Below, in pieces: positions 34,718 through 46,837 of a stretch of 64,000 bases of DNA (position 1 is the stretch's first letter; every line of letters begins with the position of its first letter). This DNA is from Candidatus Latescibacterota bacterium. Lineage in GTDB: Bacteria > Latescibacterota > UBA2968 > SICM01. The notes under the pieces were generated by a model that did not search any database, was not told where the DNA came from, and worked only from the letters and a program-made list of their open reading frames with translations. The stretch lies in contig CBDCJO010000002.1 in assembly GCA_965217865.1 (NCBI GenBank), positions 1,024,001 through 1,088,000 of the forward strand, written 5' to 3'. The position numbers and the translations under genes were made by a program.

Positions 34718-35206
34718 ATCGATAAGGCCTCGGATTCCTGGGGTATCAAGGTGCTGCGCTACGAGCTGAGAAACATCACGCCTTCGCCCAATGTGGTGCA
34801 CACCCTTGAGAAACAAATGGAGGCCGAGCGAGAGAAGCGTGCCGAGATCACAAGAGCTTCGGCGGAGAAAGAGGCCACCATCAATGTCTCACAGGGAGAG
34901 CGCCAGGAAGACATCAACCTCTCCGAAGGCGAGAAACAGCGCCGCATTAACGTGGCCAAGGGCCGCGCCGAGGCGATCTCCACTCTGGCGGAAGCCACGG
35001 CAGAAGGCACAAAACTCATCGCCGCTGCCGTGCAGAAGGAGGGTGGTTCTTCGGCGCTGAAGATGCAGCTGGTGGAGGAATTCATTGAAACTTTCGGTGA
35101 GGTTATCACGAAGGCCAACACCTCCGTGGTTCCCTTGGAGCTCGCAAAAATCAAGGGCTTCTTCGACGGCCTTTCAGAAGTGGCCGACGGTGTGCCCGCA
35201 AAGTGA
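34718..35206 (+). pseudogene. SPFH/stomatin protein, 5'-truncated
   Basis: 'WGIKVLRYELRNI...MEAEREKRAEI...SEGEKQRRIN'. Confidence 0.85.
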
Positions 35207-35225
35207 ACTCGTGAGGAGACCTATA

Positions 35226-36167
35226 ATGTCGCAGACTTCACCGTCAGAGATATTCAACCTCGTTGTCTGGGGAATTCTGTTCCTCGTACTGATCGTCAAG
35301 TTCTTCCGATCGATCCGTCTCGTGCCCACGCAGTCCGCGTATGTTGTGGAGCGGCTGGGTCGATATTCCAAGACTCTGCGTCCGGGATTCCATGCCCTTG
35401 TCCCCTTTTTCGACCGCGTGGCTTTCATCCAAGATCTCAAGGAGGAGACGGTTGACGTGCCGCCCCAGGAATGTTTCACCCGTGATGAGGTGCAGGTGGA
35501 AGTGGATGGTGTGATCTACATGTCCGTGACCGATCCGGTCAAGGCGAGCTACGGTGTTACGGACTACTCCTTCGCTGCGATGCAGCTTGCCCAAACCACA
35601 ACACGCTCGGTCATCGGAACCCTGGAACTGGACCGAACCTTCGAGGAGCGCGACCTGATTTCCTCCAAGGTAGTAGAAGTGCTGGAGAAGGCCGGAGAGC
35701 ACTGGGGAATCAGGGTGCACCGCTACGAAATCAAGAACCTGGCTCCCCCGCCCACGGTGAAGGAAGTCATGGAAAAACAGGTCACATCCGAGCGCAACCG
35801 CCGTGCTATCGTGGCCCAGTCGGAAGGAGACAAACAGAGTCGTATCAATACATCGGAAGGCAGGAAGCTCGAACTCATCAATCGATCCGAAGGCGAAATG
35901 CAGCGCACGATCAACGAGGCGCAGGGAAAGGCCCAAGAGATCCGCTCCATCGCCCATGCCACAGCCCAGTCGATTGAGCAGATAGCGTCAGCCATCAGCG
36001 TGCCCGGGGGTGAATCGTCGGTGCGACTGCAGCTTGCGGTGAAGTATCTCAAGCAGCTGAGGACTTTGGCCCAAGACAAGACCCAGGTGCTCCTGCCCGC
36101 GGATTTGACCAACCTGGAGGGACTGCTCAAGTCGATTGAGCTGTCGGGACCGGGCGAGAGATCATGA
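35226..36167 (+). CDS. SPFH/band 7 (QmcA/paraslipin-like) protein
   Basis: TM segment, 'VVERLGRY..LRPGFH','VPPQECFTRDEVQVEVDGVIY','AQTTTRSVIG'. Confidence 0.92.
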   Translation: MSQTSPSEIFNLVVWGILFLVLIVKFFRSIRLVPTQSAYVVERLGRYSKTLRPGFHALVPFFDRVAFIQDLKEETVDVPPQECFTRDEVQVEVDGVIYMSVTDPVKASYGVTDYSFAAMQLAQTTTRSVIGTLELDRTFEERDLISSKVVEVLEKAGEHWGIRVHRYEIKNLAPPPTVKEVMEKQVTSERNRRAIVAQSEGDKQSRINTSEGRKLELINRSEGEMQRTINEAQGKAQEIRSIAHATAQSIEQIASAISVPGGESSVRLQLAVKYLKQLRTLAQDKTQVLLPADLTNLEGLLKSIELSGPGERS

Positions 36168-36189
36168 ATGGCGGGGGGACATCCGAGAC

Positions 36190-36304
36190 GCGAAAACTCT
36201 AAGAGGACTGGAAGGCAGCGCTGAATCGGTTTGAGATTTTGTTCGAGGACAGGGTCCCATTAACTTAGGGGAGGAGGGCCGTTTACACAAAACTCTTGAC
36301 ACCT
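36190..36304 (+). mobile_element. IS256-family right-end fragment
   Basis: 'DWKAALNRFEILFEDRV*' followed by TTTACACAAAACTCTTGACAC. Confidence 0.75.
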
Positions 36305-36860
36305 CCGCCGAAATTCCACTACTACATATAAAAGACCTATTGCCACATTCGCTTCGCTACGGCCAGCTTGAATCTGAGTTCCTTTTCGGATTCTTCTCCA
36401 CACCAGTAGAACCCACCTTCTTACCGTTAAAGTCTGGCTGGTCTTCTTCCTTCCAACGATCCTGGATTTGACTTACCCAACCCTATCGCGGGTTTCGTTT
36501 CACTCTGCCGCAACCAAAAAGGTGTACGCATCTTGCGTAGAAGTCAAACTGTAAGACTCTAAATCCCCTCCCGGGAGGGGTGCCCCGGCGTGACTTAAGC
36601 CTGGGGTGGGGTGGGTCATATCCCATTCTCATCTATCCAATTCCGAATGGAGCTCTCGTCAAGAGGTGTGTATAGGACGTGTCTACCTTGTAGACTCGGA
36701 ACTCGTTCTTAAGCCGCTCCGCACACTCAAGGTTTGTTTCCTTGATCTGGCTAAGGACCTCGAGATTCATGATCGAGCCTTTAGCGGCCCTGAGACCGCT
36801 TCGGGCGCAGGTGGCGATTCGTTGCACCTCGTACATATGAGACGGACGATAAATTTTCAT

Positions 36861-37127
36861 GAAAGTATTTGAACTTGGATACCCCTTCCTTTGGAAGGGG
36901 AGGAAAAGTTTAGCTTGCCGAAGGCAAGCTAAAAGGCTGTCTTATCGTGTGCAGACCACTGAGACACAAATCGACTCAGGAGGCATACGATGGGACTCCG
37001 ACGGACCAGTCACGCAGTCTATGATAGCCAGTATCCTCTGGTATGGGCACCGAAGTACCGGAAATGGATTCTGCGAGGTGACCTTCGAGCGTATGTGGGC
37101 AAGCTGTTTCATCGGATCAAAAAAGAG
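36861..37127 (+). mobile_element. tnpA: IS200-family left end plus tnpA 5' fragment (relative of the 229-bp element's parent)
   Basis: First 80 bp nearly match the mini-element left end after TCAT. ORF from 36990 'MGLRRTSHAVYDSQYPLVWAPKYRKWIL' is a Y1 transposase N-terminus. Confidence 0.88.
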
Positions 37128-37462
37128 GTGGCCGGCACGGCGTCCCGCTTCTCGTCCGGGCGCCGCATCGCGGGCTCCGGTGCATGGGCAATCTACTTTG
37201 CGGGGGTTGTTCCTCAAATTTTGATTGAATCCCCCCCCTCCCCTGGGGGTGCAGGAATGTAGCTATTTGACCGGAAGCTGTCAACCAGAGAGGCTTCAGA
37301 TCCGAGCGATCAGAAGCGGCGCCAGCATCTACTATGGTGTGTCTCATTCCTGTAGTGACTATCACAACTGTGATCTTTTTGCTGAATACAAAAACACTGA
37401 AAAGACAGATAAGGTGATGGTCGGTCCGTTATTCCTTTCTTAATGACAAAAAACAACACGGC

Positions 37463-37553
37463 GCTTAACACACATTTGCCGGTCACTACGCTCCCTCCGC
37501 CCCAACCTTCCCTCGTTCCTCGGTCAGGTTCGGCAACTGTGAGAACGTTATGC
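37463..37553 (+). other. attC-like site
   Basis: GCTTAAC...CACATTTGCCG...CGGCAACTGTG...GTTATGC imperfect palindrome, 91 bp. Confidence 0.65.
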
Positions 37554-37631
37554 AAAATGCCGTTTTTGTGACTATTGGAATGTTATAGGGGAAAATATAG
37601 AACATGATATTCCTCATATGGGAATGTTTCG

Positions 37632-37979
37632 ATGCTAAATGCAGAATGTGTTAAAATTAAGCTTAAACCAGGCTCATTAGATCGGGTGAGAGAATGGGCA
37701 GATGAGATATCTCGGCGGTCGGATGAAGCGCTTGAAACCCTCCGAGATGAAGGTGTTATAGTGGAGTCTGTATTTCTTGACTGCACGAATGAGGGGGATT
37801 TCCTGATTTATTATATGAAAGCCGAAAGCATAGAAAGGGCTAAGGAAGTTGTGAAGAAATCGGTGCATTCGATTGATAATTATCATCAGAAATTCAAAAG
37901 GGATACTTGGGAATCCAGAAATAAGCTTGAGCTTCTAGTTGATCTGGATCGAATTTTAGAAGCCAGAAAAGACGGATGA
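37632..37979 (+). CDS. DUF6176-like small protein in an integron-type cassette
   Basis: 'KIKLKPGSLDRVREW...EALETLRDEGVIVESVFLD...FLIYYMKAES...SVHSIDNYHQKFK'. Low GC, flanked by attC-like sites. Confidence 0.7.
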   Translation: MLNAECVKIKLKPGSLDRVREWADEISRRSDEALETLRDEGVIVESVFLDCTNEGDFLIYYMKAESIERAKEVVKKSVHSIDNYHQKFKRDTWESRNKLELLVDLDRILEARKDG

Positions 37980-38307
37980 ATCTTCCTTTGATATCGAGAT
38001 TGATTTCAAGAACGAAAAAATCCATAAATTATGGGTTAAATCCGCCCCTTTCTTCTTTTTCCGATCACAAAAACGGCACAATGCATAACACCGAGTACCC
38101 GCCTCCGCTTTCGTTGAAAATACATTAGATGCTCTCCTGGTGAGGTATTTCCGCGATCTAACGATCGCGGCCTCATTGAAGCTTCACCCTAAAGGAGAAC
38201 CGGAAATGAGGGTTCGCCGAAGGAAGCCGAAACTCAAGCTCGTGAGGGAGAAGATGCTCGATGACCCCTGGAAGGACTTCCCCCCCCATTCGACCTGAAG
38301 CGACACC

Positions 38308-38418
38308 CTGAAGGAACTCCCCGCATTAGACAACATCCTGAAGGAACTCCCTGAACTCCCCCCATTCGTGTGACTGTCGCACTCCACTGTTGCAACTCCA
38401 CTGTTGCAACTCCACTGT
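38308..38418. repeat. Short direct/tandem repeats
   Basis: CCTGAAGGAACTCCC twice and CTCCACTGTTGCAA about 2.5 times. Confidence 0.6.
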
Positions 38419-38884
38419 CCCCCCCACGGTCGCTTTTCTGAAGGTTCCGCATCCAAATTTGCCCGGATTCCTGAATAAAGTCGCACACGGAGAGAATCCG
38501 ATGCCCTGTGGCCGATTATTGTATCCCCTCTGTGCCGACCAATGCCGGTTTGCTGGCTGGGAAGTATCCGAAGCGCCCGGCAATCTCCGCCACGTATGTT
38601 TGCCATCTGTTTGGCGTCCTTAAATACCAGCCATGGAGATACGTCCCAAAATCCTGATTCTGGTCACACGAAACTGGTCCTTGAATATTCAGAAAGCGGA
38701 CAGCGTTCCACGCCTCTTACCTCCACAGGAAACCTGCAAGCCCAGAACGAGAATGGTGACAGTCCAAAGCCCCGTCTCCTGCCTCCACCGGCTCATAGAC
38801 TACCTCCTTGTCGCGCTCTACAAGAGCGTTTAATTCTCTCGGCAGAATAGATCATGTGACACGAGCACAGTGGACCCGCTGCCG

Positions 38885-39932
38885 CTACCATGTGAAGGTG
38901 AAAAATACCCCCGTTGGTTGCTGCCGCGCGGGCCTGCTGAAGTCCGGGATCTTGTACCGGTCGGGCACGGTGGACCAGCCGTTGTAGATGTTGCCGCCGA
39001 CATAGAAGCGCCGCGGCCGTTCCGGCTCCGGGATCGGCCTGCCCGTCGCGAAGAGTGTGTAGGAACGCTGCGGCGGCTCCGGGTCGATTCGTTCCGCGTG
39101 AGGCACGTACTCCCTGAGACCGTCGCCATCGACGTCCGCATGAATCCAGTCGAGGTGGAGCAGGCGATGGTAGCTGCCGTCGGCGATCATGCCGCGCAGC
39201 TCGGCGTTGAACCGCGAGATGATCGACTCGGCGTCCGGAAACGAGCGACGGACGGCGAGGTGAAGCGAGCGTGTGAGCAGCGGCGTCGAGCCGAACGCGA
39301 GCCGCGTTCGAGCTTCTTCTCCGTGGTTGCGGATGAGGTACTGGATGACCAGGTCGTCCATCAGCGTGTAGTCCACCTCACCGTTGAGGAGTCTTGTGAC
39401 GCTGTTCTCTTCGCTGTTCGAGCCAACGAAGATCGGCCCGTCCGTCGTCTCGACCGCCTCGCCATACGCGTACCCGGCTTTTGACCAGGGCGATCCGCTT
39501 GCCGGCGAGGTCGGCCAGCGCGGTCGCGGATACATCGCTGCCCTGCCGCCCGACGAGGATCAACCGGTTCTCGAGATACGGCTGCGAGTAAATCAGCGCG
39601 CGTTCGCGCTCCGTGTCCCTCCAGAGCGCCGCGCTTCCGTCGAACTCCCCGCTCAGCAGTGCGGGCGTCAGCCTGGCTTCGTCCACGATGACCGTTTCGG
39701 CGACGATCCCCACTCGTTCAAGAGCCGTGTCGACCAGATCGAGAGCGAACCGCGCCTGCCCCGGCGCGTTGGTGAACGGCGACCACGCCGTCGACACGAG
39801 CTGCAGCTGCCGACCTTGCGCGGCTGCCATGATCGGGTCCGGATCCTGTCCGAACGCCCAAGGCGCGGTTAGCGTCAAGGCCAGCACGGAAATGGCAAGT
39901 GTCGTAAGTATGCTTGTTGGCCGCCGTTTCAT
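38885..39932 (-). pseudogene. Amino-acid ABC-type substrate-binding protein, frameshifted
   Basis: 'STAWSPFT...LDLVDTAL','ERERALIYSQPYLENRLILV','LLNGEVD'. Frameshift near 39480. Confidence 0.75.
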
Positions 39933-40282
39933 TTCAACCTCCGATCTGCGTCATTGAGGCGTGTGCCGACTCGTGGATGAGCACGAGCCGGTATCGAACG
40001 TTTGTTAGGTTCTGATCAGAACGAGAACGTCCTACCGACCTGCACTTGCCTTGGCGTGGCACTGATGGTCAAGTCCCTCATCACCGGAACGTCCGACCAG
40101 ATGGTTGCGAGCAGCACGCCGCCCACGGCAAGTCCAATCCCAAGCGCACCGAAGACGTTGACCTGCTCACAATGGAGGGACATCAAGGAAGTACACAGTC
40201 TCCTCATCTTCCCCGCAGGGTCGTCCGACCTGAGTTGCGAGCAACGCGGTGCCTCCAGCCATCAGCGCGACACCCGCCCATG

Positions 40283-41294
40283 TGATATGACCCGGGAAAA
40301 GTGGACAGTGGTTTAAGCCGCTTTTTGCAGCGATAGGCGTTCAAAAAGGGCCGGGGACACATAGTCCAGGTAAGCGTGCAGCCGCTGATTGTTGTAAAAC
40401 ATTTCGATGTACTCGAAGAGTTCGCGCTCTGCATGATCGAGGTCGATCAAGTCGACGTGATACAGCCATTCGGTCTTCAAGGTTTTGAAGAATGACTCGG
40501 AGACGGCATTGTCCCGGCAATCGGCCTTCTTGCTCATGCTTTGAACAAACTGATGCGCGTCGACGGCCTTTCGGAAGCCATCGCAGCAATACTGAATACC
40601 TCGATCGGAATGAATCATCAGATTCGGCTGCGGTCTGCGTTGCCATACTGCGCGTGACAGGGCCGTGAGTACCGTTTCGTGCGCCAGCGAGGTGCTGACG
40701 CACCAGCCAACCACGCGACGTGAAAACAGGTCAATGAATACAACCAGATACAGCCATCCCGATCGACTGGACAAATACGTGATATCGCTGACCCACACTT
40801 CGTTGGGACGACCCGCGTCAAAGGCCCGGTTCAGCAAGTTCGGGGATGCCTTCAGGTCGTGCTTCGTATCCGTGGCCACCACGAACTTCCGACGTACCTT
40901 CGACCGGAGGCCCTGACGACGCATCGAAAAGGCCACGCGGTTGCGCCTATACGGCTTTCCTTGTGCCGCCAGCGCACGGCTGATCTTCAGGCTCCCATAC
41001 CGGCCACGGCTGGCCTCGCAGGCCGCTTTTACCAGGACATCCAGAAGAAGTCGTTCCTGCTCGCGGGGCAACCCTTCGGGGTCTTGTCGTTTCTGCCGTA
41101 TTCACAAACGCTTAGGCCATCTTCCCCCCTCTCTGCAAATTCTCTGTTTCGAAGCGCTCCACCCGGGATTGCAAGCGCAACCGTGGGGGCTGCATCCGTT
41201 GAGCAGAGATATCTCCTCCGGATTCTCCGATTCTCTGTTTTTTCAGTCGGCCTTGTTTAACAGCCCGGTTGCATCCGGACGGTTTGGACCATAA
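40283..41294 (-). mobile_element. IS3-family element (second type), orfA degenerate
   Basis: orfB 'WVSDITYL...IDLFSRRVVGW...IHSDRGIQY...DNAVSESFFKTLKTE'. Right IR TGATATGACCCGGGAAAAGTGGACA. Confidence 0.9.
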
Positions 41295-41467
41295 GTAGTG
41301 ACATTATAGTTTGGCTCGGCAGCAAGGACGTCAGAACGGCTGCGGAAGAAAGTTCGTGGATGCCGCGTAGAACGGAACGGTCGTCAGGAGCCGTTGGAGC
41401 CCGCGCGACATCGCAAGAGGGCGATGGTCAAATCCTGATCATCCTGCAAAAATGGATGGAGTGAACC

Positions 41468-41722
41468 GGAGATCCTGTGAGTTTCACGCAACGGCTACCA
41501 TTTCAGCTGGTGGTGCGATCTGTCGTTCCTCATAGAGCAGCTCAATCTGGAGGCGTTCAGTAGACGTGATGTTGATGTTCTGCCATCCGGCTGCTACGCG
41601 AATGAGAACGGCGTGAACGAATATCAGGCAGCTCTTCTCCGTGAAGAAGCGAGGGAGCGTTTGGGTTCTGCGTCGCTCCTCGGCGAAGCTGTGCTCAATG
41701 AGATTGGTGGTGCGGACATATT
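41468..41722 (-). mobile_element. IS256-family transposase C-terminal fragment
   Basis: 'VRTTNLIEHSFAEERRRT..LPRFFTEKSCL'. Confidence 0.7.
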
Positions 41723-41834
41723 TCCTGAGTCGTCAGGCAACTGAAGGCCGCCAGGAGAGCATCCGGATCCTCGGATGGGATGGTACTCGCCTTACCTCGG
41801 CTTGGAGTCTAGGCCCCGATGGCCCCCTACCCTA

Positions 41835-41906
41835 TGTCAAGTCTAAAATTTATAATCACCTAAGAGTTTTTATCCCTTGGTGTCAAGTCTAAAATTTATA
41901 ATCACC
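41835..41906. repeat. 26-bp direct repeat, two copies
   Basis: TGTCAAGTCTAAAATTTATAATCACC at 41835 and 41881. Confidence 0.8.
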
Positions 41907-42904
41907 CTGTTTTTTTTAAAACCTTCCCGTTTGAGTTCTACGAGCAAATTTTTCGTCTGAAGAAGCAGCCTGGACCCGATGACGCGAAACGTACATCCGT
42001 AGATCGGACACTATACAAATAAATATTGTCTATGAGCGCATAGATTTCCGAACCGTGACGTCCGTGCTTGGGAATTATATCTCTTCATCTGGAGATATGG
42101 CGCGGATACTTCTTCTGTCTTGCGGATCAAGCAGGAGTATCCACAGGTCTATCCGCTTGCGCAGATCCTTGTGGACACGCTTCAACTGGTTGAGATAGGC
42201 ATGTGTTTCTGGAAGAGCAAGACCAAGCCGGACTGACAGTTTTGGAGTGCTCTCTCTGAAGTACGATACAACGCTTGCCAGTGCCCGATCACGGCCCGGG
42301 CAATCATCTCGACTCTATTTCAAGGCATCTCCACGTGCCTGCCAGGGCACGGGAGAACACGCCTGATCCTTTGAAAACGAATACTCATGTGCGAACGCGT
42401 GTCATATTCCAAGGGGGGGGACAAAAGTGAATTGCGCTCCCATACCGGGAACCGTGGTTTCCGTTGCAAGCAAAAATTCTATGGAAAATTAAGCATGTCT
42501 TAATATTGAATCTTGACGAGCATCTCGAAAAACGTGACGTATAAATCGCACAAGTGTATTATATACAAATATGTAAAAGAGAAAGGCAGGATGATCAATA
42601 AATTCCTGGAAAGCGAAAAGAGGCCGGGAAAAATACCGGTAATTCATCCTTGAAAACATGAGGATCCTTTCTCCTGACTTGAACTTCGAGGTCGGAGGCA
42701 ACCCGGGTCATGGTTTTTCCGTAGGGTATCTTTCCTCTTGCCAAGATTCAACGGCAATTGTACATTTGATCCACTATGTATCCCGCGAGGTGGATTTTTG
42801 TCAATGGCCCTGATTATGATATATTAAGATTTGGTTTATCCCGCAGAGAGGAAAGGGACATTGAGGCGGCTTCGCTCGGAACACTTTCAACGGAGGTGAC
42901 TGGC

Positions 42905-45538
42905 ATGTCCAACGACTTCGCCCGCCGTATCCGGTCTGTGCACCTCGCCTGGCTTCTCTTGGCTCTGCTGCTTTTTTCCCATTCCCAAGGGTCAGCACAG
43001 GTGACATTGACCGGCACCGTGGTGGATGCCGATGGCGGCATTGGATTGTCCCAAGTCAACATTGCCGTTGAAAAAGATGCCATGACAGCTACCATCACGG
43101 ATGCGCAGGGCGCCTTCAGACTCGAGGTCGACCGCCTCCCCGTTATCTTGATCGTCAGTCTCATTGGCTACGAGACGGACCGGGTGGTCGTCAGCGAAAA
43201 CGTCGCTATCGAGGTAATGCTGCGCGTGCTGGCTGTGGAAATGGAGGGCTTGGTGGTCGTGGGATCCCGCTTTGTTCCACGCACCGCCATCTCCTCACCG
43301 GTCCCGGTCGACAACATATGGGCTTCGGAACTGGCTGCCACTGGCCAACTCTCCATCGACAAAGCGTTGACCTACACCGTCCCGGCCTACAACTCCACCC
43401 AGCAGACCATCTCAGATGCCACGGCCCATTTCGACCCCGCCGACCTGCGTGGGCTCGGCCCCAGCCGCACCCTGGTGCTGATCAATGGCAAGCGCAAGAA
43501 CCCCAGCGCGCTCGTCTACATCAACGACACACCTGGCAAGGGCGAAGTGGGGGTCGACATGAAGAGTATTCCGGCCTCGGCGGTAAAACGGATAGAGGTG
43601 CTTCGCGATGCCGCCGCCGCCCAGTACGGGTCTGACGCCATCGCCGGCGTCCTCAACGTGATTTTGGACGACGAACCGGACGGCACCGAAGTGCAGTTGT
43701 TTTCTGGTCTGATGGATGAGGGGGACGGCGGTTTCCGGGGGTACAATCTCAGCACCGGATTCAAACTGGGTGGGGAGGGGTTCTTACGCGTCAGCCACGG
43801 TTTTAGCGATCAGGACGAGACCAACCGGGCGCCCAACCCCGGTCGCGACGATCTGTTCGGTGTCGGTGCGGATGACCCGTGGATTCAGGCGAATCCCGAC
43901 CTGGGCATGCGGGTCGGATTGCCTAACACCACCGGTGCCGAGTTCTTCTACAATGCCGGCATGCCCCTGTCTGAAGAGGCGGACATCTACAGCTACGGCG
44001 GCCTGCAGTACCGCAACGGCATCAGCTACGCACTCTACCGCACGCCCTATTGGATTCCCGATCCGAATAACATTTATCATGATGAAGGAGAGACTTACAA
44101 CGGATTCCATCCCACCTTCGAGACCGACATCTTCGATCGCACGCTCGCAGTGGGCACGCGGGGCAAAAGGTCAGGGTGGGACTTCGACATCAGCAACACC
44201 CTTGGCAGCAACAGTGTCGACTACACGGTACGTCAATCCCTCAACACCGATCTGGGTGCCGAAAGCCCCACCACCTTCCGCACCGGTGGGTACGAATTCA
44301 GTCACAACGTCAGCAACTTGGACATCGCCCGGAGGATTGGCAACGCCACTGTGGCGATGGGTACCGAGTTTCGCACCGAAAACTTCCAGGCCAAAGCGGG
44401 CGAGGAGGCCTCTTACATTGGCAGTGGCACGCAGTCATTCCCCGGCTTGCAGCCGCAGAATGAAGTGGATGTCAACCGTCACAACGTCGGAATTTATGCC
44501 GATGTCCATTACGACTTCGACGGACAGGTGCTTCTCGGCGCCGCCGCCCGTCGGGAAAACTACAGCGACTTCGGCGACAATCTTTCCTGGAAATTGATCG
44601 GTCGATATGGGTTCATGGAGAACCGGGGATCGGCAAGAGTGTCCGCCTCTACTGGCTTCCGCGCGCCCTCACTACACCAGATCTATCTGAGCAACATCCA
44701 GACGCTGATTTCAGGCGGCACCGTTTCAAATCAAGGCACGTTCAACAATGAAAGTCCGGTCTTACGCGCGCTGAACGTGCCGAAACTCGAAGAGGAAAAG
44801 TCCTTCAACATCACCGCCGGGGTAGCTCTGCGTCCGATCAAGTCAGTGCTTCTGTCGGCAGACGTTTATCAGGTGGATGTAGACGATCGCATCGTTTACT
44901 CCAGCAGCATTGCTTCGTCAGATACCTCGTCTACGGTAGGCTCCATTCTCGACCAGTACGACATAACCAGTCTTAAATTCTTCACCAACGCGGTTGACAC
45001 GCGCACCCGCGGCATCGATATGGTCGCCTCCTACGCTAGGGCCGTGGGGCGCGGTCTGGTCGATGTGGACTTCGGCGCCAACTTCTTCGACACCGACATA
45101 CGTGGTCAGATCAGCACCCCGGCACCCATTGCCAGCGCTGACTTCGAAATCTTTGACCGCAAGGAGCAGTCGCGCATCCTCACGGCCAGACCGAAAAACA
45201 AAATCCTGCTCAGGGTCACTTACACAAGAGGCCCCCTGAGCGCAACGTTGAACAACGCCCGCTTCGGTGCCGTTACCTGGCGACACGCCGATGATCCAGC
45301 CAAGGACCAGACGTTTGATCCGCGGATTGTCACCGACTTGACGGTCGAATATCGACTGAACGAGACCGTTCGGTTTGGTGCAGGCGTCAACAACCTTCTG
45401 AACGTCTACCCGGAGAAGATTGACAGCAAGGGAGACGTGCTGACCGACTTGGGCGGACGCTTCCAATATCCCTGGGAGGTGAATCAGTTCGGTTTCAACG
45501 GCATGACCGGAGTTGCGCGTCTGCGTCTCAGTTTCTGA
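42905..45538 (+). CDS. TonB-dependent outer-membrane receptor with carboxypeptidase-regulatory-like N-domain
   Basis: RBS GGAGG, signal peptide, plug 'LRGLGPSRTLVLINGKR','RIEVLRD..AAQYGSDAIAGV', C-terminal F. Confidence 0.93.
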   Translation: MSNDFARRIRSVHLAWLLLALLLFSHSQGSAQVTLTGTVVDADGGIGLSQVNIAVEKDAMTATITDAQGAFRLEVDRLPVILIVSLIGYETDRVVVSENVAIEVMLRVLAVEMEGLVVVGSRFVPRTAISSPVPVDNIWASELAATGQLSIDKALTYTVPAYNSTQQTISDATAHFDPADLRGLGPSRTLVLINGKRKNPSALVYINDTPGKGEVGVDMKSIPASAVKRIEVLRDAAAAQYGSDAIAGVLNVILDDEPDGTEVQLFSGLMDEGDGGFRGYNLSTGFKLGGEGFLRVSHGFSDQDETNRAPNPGRDDLFGVGADDPWIQANPDLGMRVGLPNTTGAEFFYNAGMPLSEEADIYSYGGLQYRNGISYALYRTPYWIPDPNNIYHDEGETYNGFHPTFETDIFDRTLAVGTRGKRSGWDFDISNTLGSNSVDYTVRQSLNTDLGAESPTTFRTGGYEFSHNVSNLDIARRIGNATVAMGTEFRTENFQAKAGEEASYIGSGTQSFPGLQPQNEVDVNRHNVGIYADVHYDFDGQVLLGAAARRENYSDFGDNLSWKLIGRYGFMENRGSARVSASTGFRAPSLHQIYLSNIQTLISGGTVSNQGTFNNESPVLRALNVPKLEEEKSFNITAGVALRPIKSVLLSADVYQVDVDDRIVYSSSIASSDTSSTVGSILDQYDITSLKFFTNAVDTRTRGIDMVASYARAVGRGLVDVDFGANFFDTDIRGQISTPAPIASADFEIFDRKEQSRILTARPKNKILLRVTYTRGPLSATLNNARFGAVTWRHADDPAKDQTFDPRIVTDLTVEYRLNETVRFGAGVNNLLNVYPEKIDSKGDVLTDLGGRFQYPWEVNQFGFNGMTGVARLRLSF

Positions 45539-45930
45539 AGCAGGGTTCAATAGGGTGCTGCGAGCAGGCGGCCGATGATGGCGACAACCAGGACCGTCGC
45601 CTGAGATCCTTCCGGGGTGGACGGTCCAATTTGTATACAAACTTATCCGTCTGATTATCTTCCGGTTCGCCATCGACGGCCGCCGCCAACCTCCGGAGGG
45701 TTGGGAGCAGGTCCCCGCGTCGCTGCACCTTCTCCGAAACCCTTCAGCTGTGTCAAGATCGGGTCCACTTCCTCAGAATGCGCTCAGACCAGGCGCTTCC
45801 GCTCCTGCAAGTAATGCTCGATCCTCTGCACACTTCACTCTTCTTCTTCGATAGCGTCCGCACAGCCCCAACCTGAGAATCAGTCCGGTTCCGGTTCGAG
45901 TATCGAGAAGAATGTAGTACACCATGACAC

Positions 45931-46705
45931 CTAAAACTTGGGATATAGCTTCTTCAGTTTGATGCGGGCGTCGGTGGTCGTGAACTGCCAATCAAGGGTT
46001 CTGTGTTTCTCGTTTCGATCACATTTCCAGGCCTCCACTTCGTTGGTGAGGGTCTGCAGGTCAGGAATGCGGCTGTGCAGGCATTGTCTGGCAAGGACGC
46101 TCAGTTCGATCTCAGCGATATTGAGCCAGCTGCCGTGCCTGGGCGTGTAGTGCAATTCGAGGCGTTTGGCTAGAGAACGGGCCTTTTCGGGTGGGAAGGC
46201 CTTGTAGAGAGATGCGATGGTGTGAGTATTGAGGTTGTCGCAGACCAGCACCACGACTTGCGCATCCGGGTAGTCCACCTCAAGCAGTTCCTGGATCTCG
46301 TAAGCCCAGTCTACGGCGGTCCTGCGTTCCCGGACGTGGACCTTTCCGACGTCCGGTCAGGGGCTCGAGGAACAAGAAATTCGCGGCTGTGCCGTGACGC
46401 TCATACTCATAGTCGTAACGTCGGGGATGCCCCGGTCTTTCCGGGACCGGGATGCGTGTCTCTCCGATCAACTGCACGGGGTGTTCGTCCATGGCCAAAA
46501 GCGGCCTTTTCGGATCATAGGGCCGGTGATACAGATCCAGAAGATTCTCCATGCAAGCTACGAATGCGGCGTTTTCCCTGGGCGGAATCACTTAGCACGT
46601 TTTCAGATGGGGCTTGAGTTCGTTTTTTTGAGCGCCCGTTGCACGGTCCGACAGGAGATGCTCTCGACGATGTTGAGTTCAACCAGCTTGTCGGCGAGCA
46701 ACTCC
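45931..46705 (-). mobile_element. IS630-family transposase, frameshifted and truncated
   Basis: 'MDEHPVQL','YDYEYERHGTA','VCDNLNTH','HYTPRHGSWLNIAEIEL'. Confidence 0.88.
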
Positions 46706-46787
46706 CTGCAACGACGTACCATAGAGGACACCTCCCTTAACTAATTTACTTCTCCCTTATCTGGGTGTCCACTAAATCGGGGCAAGA
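46706..46787 (-). mobile_element. 82-bp fragment of the IS3 left end seen at 4004-4085
   Basis: Same sequence, lacking the terminal bases. Confidence 0.85.
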
Positions 46788-46837
46788 CGAATTCGCTCAC
46801 TATTCACTGCTCACAATTCATCCCTCACCCTACGATA

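Noticed and set aside
38308-38418. Short repeats as a mini-CRISPR
   Set aside because: Units are 14-15 bp, partly tandem, and have no regular spacers.
42650-42770. Riboswitch upstream of the TonB-dependent receptor
   Set aside because: No cobalamin or TPP consensus motifs could be identified by eye. An Rfam search would be needed.
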